Positions 1-13,395 of a DNA stretch of 64,000 nucleotides are shown piece by piece. This DNA comes from Octopus vulgaris (Eukaryota). The notes beneath the pieces were generated by a model. It did no database searches. It was not told the DNA's origin and saw only the letters and a program-made list of their open reading frames with translations. Made by a program: the position numbers and the translations under genes. How positions within the stretch are numbered: the stretch's first letter is position 1; the number at the start of each line of letters is the position of its first letter. The stretch spans positions 41,850,001 through 41,914,000 of the forward strand of contig OX597827.1 of NCBI GenBank assembly GCA_951406725.2, in the 5' to 3' direction.

Positions 1-195
1 TATATATGCAGGGATTAGCATTGAAAGTATTGTGCATGGGCTATGGTCAGCAGTGCCCGTGCAATTGTCACGTGTGTACAGTCATCAACATCATCATCAT
101 CATCATAATCATCATATTTATATATATACATTTACATATATATACATACATACAATCATTTATATAGAGACATACATATAAAGACACATACACAC

Positions 196-243
<48 letters not shown>

Positions 244-620
244 TGAGAGAGAAAGAGAGATAGAGAAAGAATGTAAGGGATGTACATAGATTAGTTCATA
301 ATTAGAAAGATGGACCGACGGGTAGCTGTATAGATTGAGGAAGAGATAAATAGATGTATTGATAGAGTAATGATACCACAGAAACCCATTCTTCATCTCA
401 ACCCTTCTCTGCCTCCGCTTTCCTCCTGCCCCTCCTCCTCCTCCACTTTCCCTATCTCACATATGTTTCTATCTCTTATAAATGTTTAAATGTTATTTCA
501 CTAATATATTATACGTTTGCACTCTGAGATTGTTAAACACTGTTCCCTTTTGCATGATTTACGTCGTTAATTATCTGATAAAGATGAGAACAGGATACTG
601 GACACATATATATATATATG

Positions 621-1033
621 TAGGCGCAGGAGTGGCTGTGTGGTAAGTAGATTGTTTACCAACCACATGGTTCCGGGTTCAGTCCCACTGCGTGGCATCT
701 TGGGCAAGTGTCTTCTGCTATAGCTCCGGGCCGACCAATGCCTTGTGAGTGGATTTGGTAGACGGAAACTGAAAGAAGCCTGTCGTATATATGTATATAT
801 ATATATGTATGTGTATGTTTGTGTGTCTGTGTTTGTCTCCCTAGCTTTGCTTGACAACCGATGCTGGTGTGTTTATGTCCCCGTCACTTAGCGGTCCGGC
901 AAAAGAGACCGATAGAATAAGTACTGGGCTTACAAAGAATAAGTCCCGGGGTCGATTTGCTCGACTAAAGGCGGTGCACCAGCATGGCCGCAGTCAAATG
1001 ACTGAAACAAGTAAAAGAGTAAAAGAGTAGAGT
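621..1033 (+). mobile_element. tRNA-derived SINE, family A (near full length)
   Basis: A-box-like TGGCTGTGTGG and B-box-like GGTTCAGTCC, CORE-like CTTGGGCAAGTGTCTT, internal (TA/TG)n, 3' hairpins and (GTAAAAGA)n tail; many homologous copies elsewhere in the window. Confidence 0.85.
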
Positions 1034-1178
1034 ATATATATATATATATATGCCTGGGGCTAAATGCAACAGTGACACCCCCACCACCCTGCCCTGTCCC
1101 TAGCCATATTCGGTTGGCTAATATCCCTTATATTACGGAGCAGTCACTGTCTATAACTCATTTAGAGAATTATTATTG

Positions 1179-1540
<362 letters not shown>

Positions 1541-1693
1541 ATATATATATATATATATATATATACATAAATGTATATACACTCATATACATATATGCAT
1601 ATATATATATATGTATATATACACACATACATAAACACATTTATATACATATATATGTATATATATACATACATTTATGTAAATGTGTTTATG

Positions 1694-1801
<108 letters not shown>

Positions 1802-2185
1802 TATATGTATATAAGTATATATATATATGTGTGTGTGTGTTAACATTTGGAACAGTGTAATCCCGGGTGAAGATCCACGCCGAAACGGAAATCATTGTTT
1901 TCTACCTTGGCAGTAATCTGGGACAACGAATGGCCTTTGAGACAAGCATATGTAAAAACAAGTGAAAACATACCATATACATCTTGCAATGTACACAATG
2001 CACACACACACAAACATACACACACGCACACATACACACACATGTATATATATGTATACACAGGGTCATTGGATTAAATTTTACAGTTTGCATAAAAGGA
2101 AATGGGTATTAAATATCCTATCCAAAAATGCAAGTATTTTAAAAACCAAAAAATATCAAGCAACTTATGGTTGGGAGATAACAAC

Positions 2186-2745
2186 TTATTCAGAGTAGTC
2201 ACCCTCAGAATAACTCCGGAACATGGCGCTTGCATGCCTCACTGTGTCTTTGCGAAGATCTTCGAACACCTCCTTGTCCTTGGGACACCTGCTCGGCCCT
2301 GGTGTCGCAGGCAGAGCGGTTGGTATGCTTCTCAATGACATCTCACAGCAATCTATGGGATTACAATCGGAGAATTAAGAAACCAGAAACTGGTGCAAGT
2401 GAACTCGTAGAAATTCTCCGACAATCACATCTGACTCTTTCTGGAGGAATGGCCAGAAGCCCAATTCTGCTGCTATCACATGTGGCCTTCCAGTTGCGAA
2501 CCTCTCCAGCCAGGGATTGACTACAGTCTGCAGCAGCTTCACATAACCATCATAGTGAGCCCAAGGCCCTGTTCTTCAGTCGTGGGGAAGAATTCCGGTG
2601 TGTGGACGCAGTCAGAAGGCCTGTCAAGACGTAATATCTCTATTACAGTTGATCACGTCACGTGTCACAGATAACATTGAGCAGCAGTCGTGATGTCGGA
2701 AATGTGATACCTGGGGCGAATCATCACGATACAGGTAACTCTTTT
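2186..2745 (-). pseudogene. Internally deleted Tc1/mariner-superfamily transposase fossil, DD37D (maT-like)
   Basis: Manual minus-strand translation with frameshifts: DGYVKLLQTVVNPWLERFATGRPHV / QQN..GHSSRKSQM*LSENFYEFT..FW..NSPDCNPID ... EGDYSE*; 37 residues between the 2nd (decayed to N) and 3rd catalytic Asp positions; N-terminal remnant MIR..HISDITTAAQC. Confidence 0.8.
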
Positions 2746-3125
2746 GCAATATTCAAATGGTTTCTAGCCTTCCATGTCAGCCAACGTTCTCTTAACTACA
2801 ACTTCAATTTTCATGCTCTCCAACGCCTTTGACTATTTACCAATACACCAAGCCCTTACTAAAAAGACAAGTAGACACAAAAAATCGTAAGATTCTTTCG
2901 CGTATATAAACCGTCCGTATATCACGTTATAAATTTTAACGTATTTAATGTTTAATCAGTTCAACATGTCTTTCTTCCTTGAACATTTCATTCCTGTCAT
3001 TCCTCATCAACTAAACCATATCTCACCTCTGGGCTTACCTGGCCTTTCACCCATCGCTGTTATTTTCCATCGTTTCTTTTATTTATTAATACTTACTTAT
3101 ACTTGTTTTCTCCCAAATTCAACCC

Positions 3126-3164
<39 letters not shown>

Positions 3165-3165
3165 A

Positions 3166-3256
<91 letters not shown>

Positions 3257-3278
3257 TGTATAAATAGTCAAGTATATA

Positions 3279-3313
<35 letters not shown>

Positions 3314-3363
3314 CTATATTTCTATATATACATGTAAGTATACATGTATAAATAGAAATATAG

Positions 3364-3394
<31 letters not shown>

Positions 3395-4012
3395 TATATG
3401 TATACTTACATGTATATATAGATATATATATGTATATGTATATATATATGTATATACATATATATATATACATATGTATATATATGTATGTATGTGTGAT
3501 AGAGTGAGAGAGAAAGAGAGAAGGAGAAAATTACATCGTACATGTGGGCATGAGAATAAATTTGAATGGATATCTGTCGAATCGGACTATGTGAATTCAG
3601 TCGTTTGATCAACTGAAGCATCTACTCATTCAATTATCGTGTATAAATAAATGGCTGGGTATTCCACAGACATTTGTACACACACCGCAACATGCTTGAC
3701 AAAACATAATAAGACTAGGCCGTTAAAGTACAAGCACAACCTATCTGAAATGTTTCCATTCATTTTCCCCTGTACTCAAATTTATTGAAAAAGCTTTAGT
3801 CGAACTGAAAATTTGATAAAAGAAATTATCCGAAAAGTCAATCGGTGGGATTGAACGTAGGACTACATAATTACGAGGAGATTTTCTAAACTATGGGAAC
3901 ACTTAAACATGCATATATATATATATATTTACATAGACAGACAACCGCAGGCATTATAAACATTGATATAAAGATAGGTAGACGTAGAGATAGACAAACA
4001 GGCAAATGTGTA

Positions 4013-4053
<41 letters not shown>

Positions 4054-4456
4054 AAACGGGAGAGAGAAAGAGAGAAAGAAAGGGGGAGGGACGGATGGAG
4101 AAAGTGTGTTAGAAAGAGAGACAGACAATAAGATATACAGAGAGAGAGGGAGAGAAAACAAGGAGAAAGAGAAAGAAACTGCGAGAGAGAACAAGGAGGA
4201 GAAAGCCTAAGTAATAATAAGATAGAAGAGACGAAGGCAAACAGTAGCGACGGGTGAAAGGTTAGGTAAGCCCGGAAGTGAGATATTGCTTGAGTTGATG
4301 AGGAATGATGGGAATGAAATGTTCAAGGAAGATAAACGCGTGGAATTGATTAAACATTACATACGTTAAAATTTATAATGTGAAACGCGGACAGTTTATA
4401 CAGGCGGGATAAATTCAATGAAGTAACTGATAGGATTTATGACTTCAACATAAACC

Positions 4457-4539
<83 letters not shown>

Positions 4540-4848
4540 CACATACACATACACACAAACACTTACACACACACATGTACACAAATTCATACGTATATGC
4601 ATGTGTATGTGTACATAAATACGTGTGTGCATACATGTATATTATATTTGTATACACACATATATATATATATAAATACGTACACTCATACACACAAGTA
4701 TGCACGTATGTGTGTGTGTGTGTGTGTGAGCGCCCGCTCAGACTCGGCCAATCACAGCAACACATATATGCATATGTGTACATTATATGTATCTTGAAAT
4801 TGAATTAGGCACATATATATATATATTGTATTATATTATAGTATTTAA

Positions 4849-5715
4849 GGGGGCGAGCTGGCTGAAACGTTAAGCACGTCGGGCGAAATGCTTAGCGGTA
4901 TTTCGTCTGCGGTTACATTCTGAGTTCAAATTCCGCCGAGGTCAACTTTGCTTCCCATCCTTTCGTGGTCGATAAATTAAGTATCAGTTGCGTACTGGGA
5001 CCATCAAGTCGACTGGCCGCCTTCCCAAAAATTTCGGGCCTTGTGCCTACAGTAGAAAAGATTATATTATATTAGTAATGCGGCGAGCTGGCAGAAACGT
5101 TAGCACGCCGGACGAAATGCTTAGCGATGTTTCGTCTGCGCTACGTTCTGAGTTCAAATTCCGCCGAGGTTGACTTTGCTTTTAATCTTTTCGGGGTCGA
5201 TTAAATAAGTACCAGTTACGCACTGAGGTCGATATAATCGACTTAATCCGTTTGTCTGTCCTTGTTTGTCCCCTCTGTGTTTAGCCCCTTGTGGGTAGTA
5301 AAGAAATAGGTATTTCGCCCGTCTTTACGTTCTGGGTTCAAATTCCGCCTAGGTCGACTTTGCCTTTCATCTTTTCGGGGTCGATAAACTAAGTACCGGT
5401 AGCGTACAGAAGTCGATCTGATGGACTGGTCTTCTCCCCGAAAATGTCGGGCCTTGTGCCTAGAGTACAAAAAATTATATTCAATTATACTGTATTAAAC
5501 CATCGAGCTGGCAGGATAGTTAGCACGGTGAAGAATATGTTTAGCAGCATTTCGTCCGCCTTTACATTCTGAGTTCAAATTCTGTCGAAGTCAACTTTGC
5601 TCTTCATCACTTTCTGGGTCGATGAATTAAGTAGCACTTGACCAGTAGGATCGGTGTAATAGACTGGCCCTCTCCCCTCAAATTTCAAACTTTGTGGTTA
5701 TAGAAGAAAGGGTTA
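4849..5715 (+). mobile_element. Tandem cluster of tRNA-derived SINE family C (about 4 units)
   Basis: Repeated GGCGAGCTGGCAGAAACGTTAGCACG...GAGTTCAAATTCCGCCGAGGTCGACTTTGCC units at about 4849, 5081, 5310 (headless) and 5503. Confidence 0.85.
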
Positions 5716-5739
5716 TATATGTATATATATATAAAATAC

Positions 5740-5986
5740 AAAATGGGAAAAAGAACGCAAAACATCCAGACAGTTAGGTGATACAAAAATGGAATAACAA
5801 AACATCAAGATAGACGATACAAAGAAAAGAAGGACGGGTCATTCGAAGTTTACTTTCCTCAGTCAAGTACCAGATTATCTTCGCAATTTCGGCTGGTTAT
5901 ACTTGAGATAACCCCAATCTGGCCAGCCCCAAGGAAAAACTATGCTAAGAGCATTAGATTCCTTGGAAGAAAGCAGCGAATGTATA
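5740..5986 (-). repeat. Dispersed repeat, putative Penelope-like terminal fragment with degenerate HHR-like motif
   Basis: Reverse-complement homolog of 16500-16757; contains CTGAGGA-AAG-TAAA-CTT-CGAAT..GTC. Confidence 0.5.
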
Positions 5987-6228
5987 CATATATCGTTGCT
6001 ATTATGTTAAACTGTCGCATATCAAACTTGGCCAAACACGTGTTTTTTTTTTTCAATATTTATTTTTACTTGCAACAGCCGGTTCTTTTGGTCAAACTAT
6101 CGTATTTCCAGCTGCTTCAGATGCCAAGATACCAAAAATTGTCAAAGTGTAGTACAACGGTTTTTTTATGGATTGGTGAGACTATTTTCGTTTTCGGAAA
6201 AAAGCGAAACTTTTGCTTATATATATAC

Positions 6229-6436
6229 TCTTCTACTTGTTTCAGTCATTTGACTGCGGCCATGCTGGAGCACCGCCTTTAATCGAGCAACTCGACCCCG
6301 AGACTTATTCTTTTGTAAGCCCAGTACTTATTCTATCGGTCTCTTTTGCCGAACCGCTAAGTAACGGGGACATAAACACACCAGCATCGGTTGTCAAGCA
6401 ATGCTAGGGGAACAAACACAGACACAAACACACACA

Positions 6437-6474
<38 letters not shown>

Positions 6475-6522
6475 TACGACGGGCTTCTTTTCAGTTTCCG
6501 TCTACCAAATCCACTCACAAGG

Positions 6523-6523
<1 letters not shown>
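6229..6523 (-). mobile_element. SINE family A, 5'-truncated
   Basis: Reverse complement of the 3' part of 621-1033. Confidence 0.85.
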
Positions 6524-6573
<50 letters not shown>

Positions 6574-6578
<5 letters not shown>

Positions 6579-7281
6579 TTAGATAAAACTTAGATATGTT
6601 TCGACCAGAGATTGGTCCAGGCCATGTCTAACTTAATAGCACCACCTGATAGGATTATTCGAATCCTGTTTTAGTCAAGTCTTGTTCAAGTAGTGAGTTC
6701 TTGTTGGGTGAGTTGTATCCAGTTTTGTTCAAGTAGTGAGTTCTTGTTGGGTGAATTGTATCCAATTATGGGTGGCTTATCTGGTATTCTTTGAAGGAAT
6801 CTATCCAGACTCTGTTTAAAGTTGATGGGATCCTTTTCCTCTTTGATCTCCCTCGGGACAATGTTAAATAGGGCAGGGCCTGTTGAGGAAAAGAAATTAT
6901 GTTGCAGTGTACATGTATGTTGTGATCTTGAATTTGGCAGGGGACGTATAGCCCGTGGTCCAAGTCTTGGATGGACCTTGAAGCTAATGTTTAGGTCGTT
7001 TGGGCAAAGTTGGCGGTATATTTTCCACATCGTACAAATGATGTACCGCTCACGGCGACGCTGGAGGGAGTAAAGTTTCAAGGTTTTAAGGCGATCCCAA
7101 TAATCGAGAGCAGCCATGCCTTCAATTTGTTTAGTGAGAGCCCTCTGGGGTGACTCAATTCTGGAGATGTTTTGTCTTGTGTGAGGAGACCACAGTGGGC
7201 AGCAGTATTCAAGGTGTGGCCGTACAAAGGAGGAAAAAAGTGGTATGATGACACCTTGTTCTCTGGACCGGAAAGTTCTTA
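6574..7281 (-). mobile_element. 5'-truncated CR1-group non-LTR retrotransposon (ORF2 C-terminus plus 3' UTR)
   Basis: Open frame RTFRSRE..VRPHLEYCCPLWSPH..QRALTKQIEGMAALDYWDRLKTLKLYSLQRRRERY..GPALFNIVP..FKQSLDRFLQRIPD; 3' stem-loop GACCA-ATCTC-TGGTC and (TCTAAGTTTTA)2 tail; flanked by TA repeats. Confidence 0.9.
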
Positions 7282-7516
7282 ACTATATATATAGTTATAA
7301 ATGACAGATGAAGTTTTATTTAACAATAAGAAAATTATATCACGACAAATTGATTCGTATCTTTAAAACAAATAATAATATTGTAGAATGATACATGAAA
7401 TTTCTTTTTTATGAGTACTACCGGATTATTTTAATCCATATATTGTGACGTAAATATACATACATACATACATACATATATACATACATATACACATACA
7501 TACATACATGCATACA

Positions 7517-7548
<32 letters not shown>

Positions 7549-7562
7549 AATATAATATATAT

Positions 7563-7579
<17 letters not shown>

Positions 7580-7597
<18 letters not shown>

Positions 7598-8400
7598 ATT
7601 TTAATCCAAACGGGAAACAAAAAAACAACAACAATGGAACAATTACAGTATTATTATTAATAGGCGCTCAGGAAATGGAAGCAGGGAGGTATGACGTTTC
7701 GAGCGGAGCTCTTCGTCGGAAACATAAAGAAGGAAGAGAGAGGAAAGAAAGATCCCGGAGCGGGCAACGGAGATAGAGAAAAAAACGACTGGTGTTAGGA
7801 GTTACACATGGTGAAAGGCGGATGTTTACGATAACAAGAGCAAAGTGGGTTTTTAAAGGCAAAAGAGTGGAGACAAGGTTGGTAACGCAACAGATGTGTG
7901 TGTATGTGTGAGTGTGTGCGTGTGCGTGTGTGTATGTGTGTGTGTGAGGCGAGATAAAAAAACAAAAAATATATGTATGTGTTAGTGTGTGCGTCTGTGT
8001 GTAGGCGTGTGAGGTAGGGCGAGACGGTGGTCAGCATAGCAGCAGCATAGCAGACAAAGGTCAGTAGTAAGAAAAGGGAGGAAGGAGGAAGGGAGGGAGG
8101 GGAAGGGGTGGGGGCGTATGTAGCGTGCCAGCGTGTGTTGAGTAGTAGTGTGTGTGTGTGTCCAGTGTCGTGGTAGTATTAATGGCGAGTAGATTGAATG
8201 TGTGTAAGAGTAATGTACATGTTTAAGCAATGTGTGTATATGTGTGCGCGTGTGTGTAACGAAAAAAAAGGGGGGGTTAAGGAAAAGGACTCCAGCGGAG
8301 GGGAAGATGGAAGAGTGGTCCCGCGGAGACGGGCGTGGGAAAACCCAACGACAAGCGACATCCCAGGAACGGGCGGGAGGTCTCGTCGGGTCCAAGGGCG
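7580..8400 (-). mobile_element. Putative Penelope-like element 3' region carrying an HHR-like motif
   Basis: HHR-like motif at 7689-7727; flanks related to 33675-33870; GC-rich 8280-8400 is possibly a decayed ORF end (weak). Confidence 0.45.
7689..7727 (-). ncRNA. Minimal type I hammerhead ribozyme-like motif (variant core)
   Basis: CCGACGA-A-GAGC-TCC-GCTC-GAAA-C-GTC with palindromic ACGT in place of helix III. Confidence 0.55.
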
Positions 8401-8459
8401 AGGTGCATGCGGCGCGCATGCGTGCGCGAACCGGCGCAAGCGCGTGTGTGCGCGCGCCT

Positions 8460-9222
8460 GCGAGTGTGCGCGTACGTATGTGTGTGTGTGGATGTGTGAG
8501 TGTGTCTGTGTGTATGTCTGGGTGGCAGTGTGTCCGATGAATGTATGTGAGTATGTGTGTATATATGTGTGTGCATAGATGTATGTCCGTGTGTGTGTGT
8601 GTGTGTATGTGTATGAGTGTGTATGTATGTACGTGTGGGTGTGGGGAAGTGTGTGTATGTGCATGTGTGTGCGCGAACATACAGGTGTGTGAGTGAGTGC
8701 GTGTGTGTGTATGTATGTGTGAGTGTGTATGTATGTGTGTGTAGGATGCATGTATGTGTATGGGTGTATGTATGCGTGTGTGTATGTATGTATGTGTACG
8801 TGCGTGTGTGTGTGTGTATGCGTGTAGGTGTGCGCGTGTGCATGCGTGCATGTATGTGCGTATGTGTGTGTGTGTGCATGTGTGTGGGTATATATGTGTG
8901 TGCGTATATGTGTGTGTATGTGCGTACATGTGTGTGTGTATGCATGTGTGTGTGTAGGTGTGTAGGCGTGTGTGTATAGGTGTATGTATGTAAGTATGTA
9001 TGGGTGTGTCCGTGTATGTGTGTATGTATGTGTGTGTATGTAGCTGTGTGGGCGTGTGTATATGTGTGTGTATGTAGGTGTGTGGGCGTGTGTATATAGG
9101 TGTATGTATGTATGTCTGGGTGTGACACACACACACACACATATATATATATACACACACATATATATGTATAATGTAAATGTATGTGCATATATAATTA
9201 TAAATATGAATATATATGTACA

Positions 9223-9279
<57 letters not shown>

Positions 9280-9310
9280 TTGTGTGTGTGTATGTATGTA
9301 TGTATATATT
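8460..9310. repeat. Long degenerate (GT)/(GTAT) microsatellite tract
   Basis: Direct inspection; accounts for the 446/354/304-aa His/Thr ORFs. Confidence 0.9.
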
Positions 9311-9698
9311 TATAGCTTGCATTACTGGGCATTTGCTTCATTAGGTTTCTACTCGACATGACGATGATTTCGCCATCTTTGGTCATTTATCGCTCTACCC
9401 ATTTGTGCCAAGAAAAAGGCAATGCTCTGGGCTATTTTGACTTACACAGTGGCACAGATAATCTTGCTCAGTTATCCATGCAACAGCTATAGAGTTCAAC
9501 CGTATGTTACTGCAACCGTTTCTACCATAACGTGCCTATTTGGATTTATATCACATTGAGGATTTCTTCGTCGCACTTAGCTTCGGTCTATCCTTCACAT
9601 GCATCTGTTGTATCGATGTTGAAGTATTATCCAGCTTTCATCTACATGCGCTGGTGTCCTTCCTAAATCTTCTGCCGTGGGTCTCAATCTTAACTTGT

Positions 9699-10010
9699 GA
9701 AGGCGAGGGCATAGTGGTTAGGGATATTTGGATCACGGTTGTTAGTTCGTGATTTCGATTCCTGGCAACGCATTGAGTCCTTGAGCGAGACATTTTATTT
9801 CACGTTGTTCCAGTCCACTCAGCTGGAAAAAATGACTTGCACGTGTAATTCAAAGGGTCAGCCTTGTCACATTCTGTGTCACACTGAATCTCCCTGAGAA
9901 ACTACGTTAAGGGTACGCGCATCTTTGGGGTGCTCTACACGTCAATTTCATGAGCAAGCCTTTACGTTGATGGAATCAACTGGAACCGGCGCCATTAAAG
10001 ACAGAGTACC
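9699..10010 (+). mobile_element. tRNA-derived SINE, family E (old copy)
   Basis: Head GGCATAGTGGTTAG..TTCGATTCC, CCTTGAGCGAGACA core, ACTACGTTAAGGGTAC, ATCAACTGGAAC; homolog at 20276-20598. Confidence 0.75.
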
Positions 10011-10021
10011 TGTAAATCTTA

Positions 10022-10520
10022 AACCATAGCATCGTAGATATAGAAGGAGGATTCATCACTGCCACCCTTGTCTCATATACCATCTTGACAGTCCTTCAAG
10101 ACCTAAATTTCATATACCTCCTCAAGCACAGTTCCCAAGGAATCGTCAATTAAACAATCAGGAACTTACTCAAGCCAGATCATGCCCAAGATCAAGAAAG
10201 TGGGGTTCCTTCATTATTGTTTTGTGGCTTGGATACACAAGCGTCTTATTAACCAATCATCGCCTTCCAGTCATTAGCAGCACCCAGAAATCTTGCTCTC
10301 GGCTTCAATTCGTTTATCCTTCGATGTTGTCTTTTTTCGGTCTCCTTGTGGAAAACAATAGGGTCAAAATTACTGTTTATTATCGCTGCATTGACACTGC
10401 AGTATTGCTATTTTAGTGCATCAGCAAAGATTATGCACGATTTGGTTATGTTGCAGCAAGTAGTATGTATCAGATGACTTCCACGCTGCCAGAACGAACG
10501 TGCTCCAACGATGCATAAAC
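10022..10520 (-). pseudogene. Decayed RLE-type LINE C-terminus (HERO-like)
   Basis: Frameshifted translation ASLEHVRSG / HNQI / FADAL / FLGAANDWK / LTIPWE / QGWQ..RCYGF resembles the zinc-knuckle, RHN, LTVPWE and EVGCRGF motifs. Confidence 0.6.
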
Positions 10521-10592
10521 TTCCGCTCCAGAGAAGATGAATATATATGATACATTTATAAGCATTCGTATAGGGAATATATATATGGATAT

Positions 10593-10635
<43 letters not shown>

Positions 10636-11175
10636 CATACATACGCACACACAGGCATGTATGTATATATATATGTATATGTTTGTGTGCGTGTGCCTCT
10701 GTGTGTGTATGTATATATGTATATACACAAACACACATATATACATGCGTGTGTGTGCCATAATATACTTTTCATTCTAGATATTTACTCAAGCGAACAT
10801 TGCACCTCTACAAACCTACTCACTTAAAGACATATACGCACATCTACACACCTCATCTCTCCCCCCCCCCTCTCTCTCTACCTTTTACTTTCTCTCCTCC
10901 CACCCGTTATGTATATATATATATATATATGTAAATATTGTAAATATATTTTATATATATATATATGCACACTCATATTATACTTAGGTATATATATATG
11001 TAAATATTTTATACAGGTATATATTTATGCTTACATACGTACATATATATATACACAGACACACACGTATGTGAGTATAATATATGAATATACGCATAAT
11101 GTAACAGAATATCTATACATAAATACTTATATATAAATATATGTATGCATTTTGTATATATGCATATATGTATGC

Positions 11176-11294
<119 letters not shown>

Positions 11295-11357
11295 CATATC
11301 TATATATATATGTATAATATAAATGTGTGTGCATATATAAATATAAATATGAATATA

Positions 11358-11388
<31 letters not shown>

Positions 11389-11619
11389 GTGTGTGTACAC
11401 ACATACTCATACATAAACATAGGCTCACGTACATAAACAGGCACACGCGCGCGCGCTCAAATATATATAAAACTACAATATTTTGTAGCTGCCATATTCT
11501 CTCATTAAAGTTAGTGAAACCCATAAAAATATATTCTTACACGCCGCCCTCATCCGAGCATCCCCTTCATCTTTGCACAGCTTCCGCGCCATCTAAAGGT
11601 AATTGAAAAATCTGGAATG

Positions 11620-12570
11620 ATGTGGCAGTGTGTCAGTTTGTGTGTTGTGAGGTCGTTGTGTGTTTGTGTGTTAGTGTGTTTGTGTGTTAGTGTACATGAG
11701 GTGTGTTAATTCGTTGTGTTGTGTTGGGAGGCGGTTGTGGCCTAGTGGTCTTGTGTTCGGCATAGAGGAGTGATGTTTTTGTCGGCGTTGTGTTGGCGTT
11801 GTTGCTGCTGTTGTTCTTGTTATTGTTGTTGTTGTTGCTGTTGTTGTTGTTGTTGTTGTATACCGGTGTGGCGTCGGTGCGTTGTTGTGGTGGAGCGGTG
11901 TGGGGCTGGTTGGTTGGTTGGTGGGGGTTTTACTTGCTTGGCGTGCGGTGTGTTAGGGAGGTGGTGGTGTCGATGAAGTTATTGGTGTGTAGGTGGGTGT
12001 GGCGGTGGCCGTGATGGTGGTGGTAGAAAAGTGGGTCGGTAGAGGAGGGGAACGGTGATTTTGGTGGAGCGGCGATGGTGGTGGAGCGGCGTGGAAGTGA
12101 GGCGGTGGAGGTAGTGGTGGTGGTGCTGGTGGGGTGGTCTGATGATGGTGCTGGTGGTGTTGGAGAAGGGGTGCAGCAGTGATGAGCAGGGGTGCAGCGG
12201 TGATGACGGTAGAGCGGCGTTGTGGCAGAGCGGTGATGGGGCGAGCTGCTGATGGTCGTGGAGTGGTGGTGGTGGTGGTTGCGCGGTGATTGTGGCGCGG
12301 ACGTGGCAGGGCGGTGGTGGTGAAGATGGAGCGGAGTGGTGGAAGTTGTGATGATGGAGTAGTGGGAAGGTGGTGCCGGATGAATGGTGATGGTGGTGGT
12401 GTTGATGGATCAGTGTGGTAATGATGGTGGGGAAATGTTGGGGCGGTGGTGCTGGTTGTAGTGGTAATGATAACGGAGCGGTGTTGTTGTGGTGGCGCTG
12501 GTGGTGGAGCTGTGCTAATCAACACATCTTTTTCTAAGCTTGTAATGGTGGTGGTGGTGGGGAACATGTG
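11620..12570. repeat. G/T-rich low-complexity tract, degenerate (GTT)n to (GGT)n
   Basis: Direct inspection; strong strand skew. Confidence 0.85.
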
Positions 12571-13039
12571 ATCTGAAGAAGCGCTTTGCTGTTATTTCTA
12601 GCTGGTCGAAGAGCCACGAGGAGGCGCCTCTGGTCTCGTGATGTGATCGGGTGAAAGGGTGGAGTATATGTGTTAGGGGTATTATTATTGCCTGGTGGTG
12701 TGTTGGAATTGTGATATAAGGGTGTACGGGGTGGCGGGGAGCGGGAATTTAGTGAGATGATAGAGGCGTTGTGAGTATGTGTGTGTGTGTTTGTGTGTTG
12801 AAAGTGTGTGCATGTTTGTGTGTGCGTGTGTGAGTGTGTGTGTGTGTATGTGGGTACCTAGGTGAACTGTACCAATAAATATTCAATGGAGGTCGATTAC
12901 GAAATCATGTGACTCCCTATGGATGTGTATGCACATTCGTGTGTATGTGTACGTGTGTGAAAGTTTGTATGCGGATGTATATGTGTAATATGTGTATTAT
13001 CACACACACACACATATATATATATACGTGTGTGTATCA

Positions 13040-13090
<51 letters not shown>

Positions 13091-13142
13091 TACATACATA
13101 TACATGCGTATATATGCATATATATATTTTTTTATATATACA

Positions 13143-13183
<41 letters not shown>

Positions 13184-13356
13184 ATACATATATACATTTA
13201 TGTATATACACATATATATATATGCATATATGTATATATGTGTGTATATACATATGTATGTATATATGTATGTATAAATATATGTATATGCACACGCAAG
13301 AGCGTATTTGTGAATGTATGTATATTGGTATTTGTGTTTGTGTGCGCGTGTGTGTT

Positions 13357-13395
<39 letters not shown>

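Noticed and set aside
985-1015. Stem-GAAAC-..GTA in the SINE A tail resembling half a hammerhead
   Set aside because: No CUGANGA upstream; better explained as a LINE recognition stem-loop
4849-5715. CRISPR-like repeat array
   Set aside because: Units are 200-bp SINEs without unique spacers; eukaryotic context, no cas genes
7982-9322. 446-aa and overlapping His/Thr/Tyr-rich ORFs
   Set aside because: Translation of degenerate (CA)n repeats that lack stops; no domain
11953-12567. 204-aa Pro/Thr-rich mucin-like ORF
   Set aside because: Derived from degenerate (CCA)n low-complexity DNA; no splice or domain support
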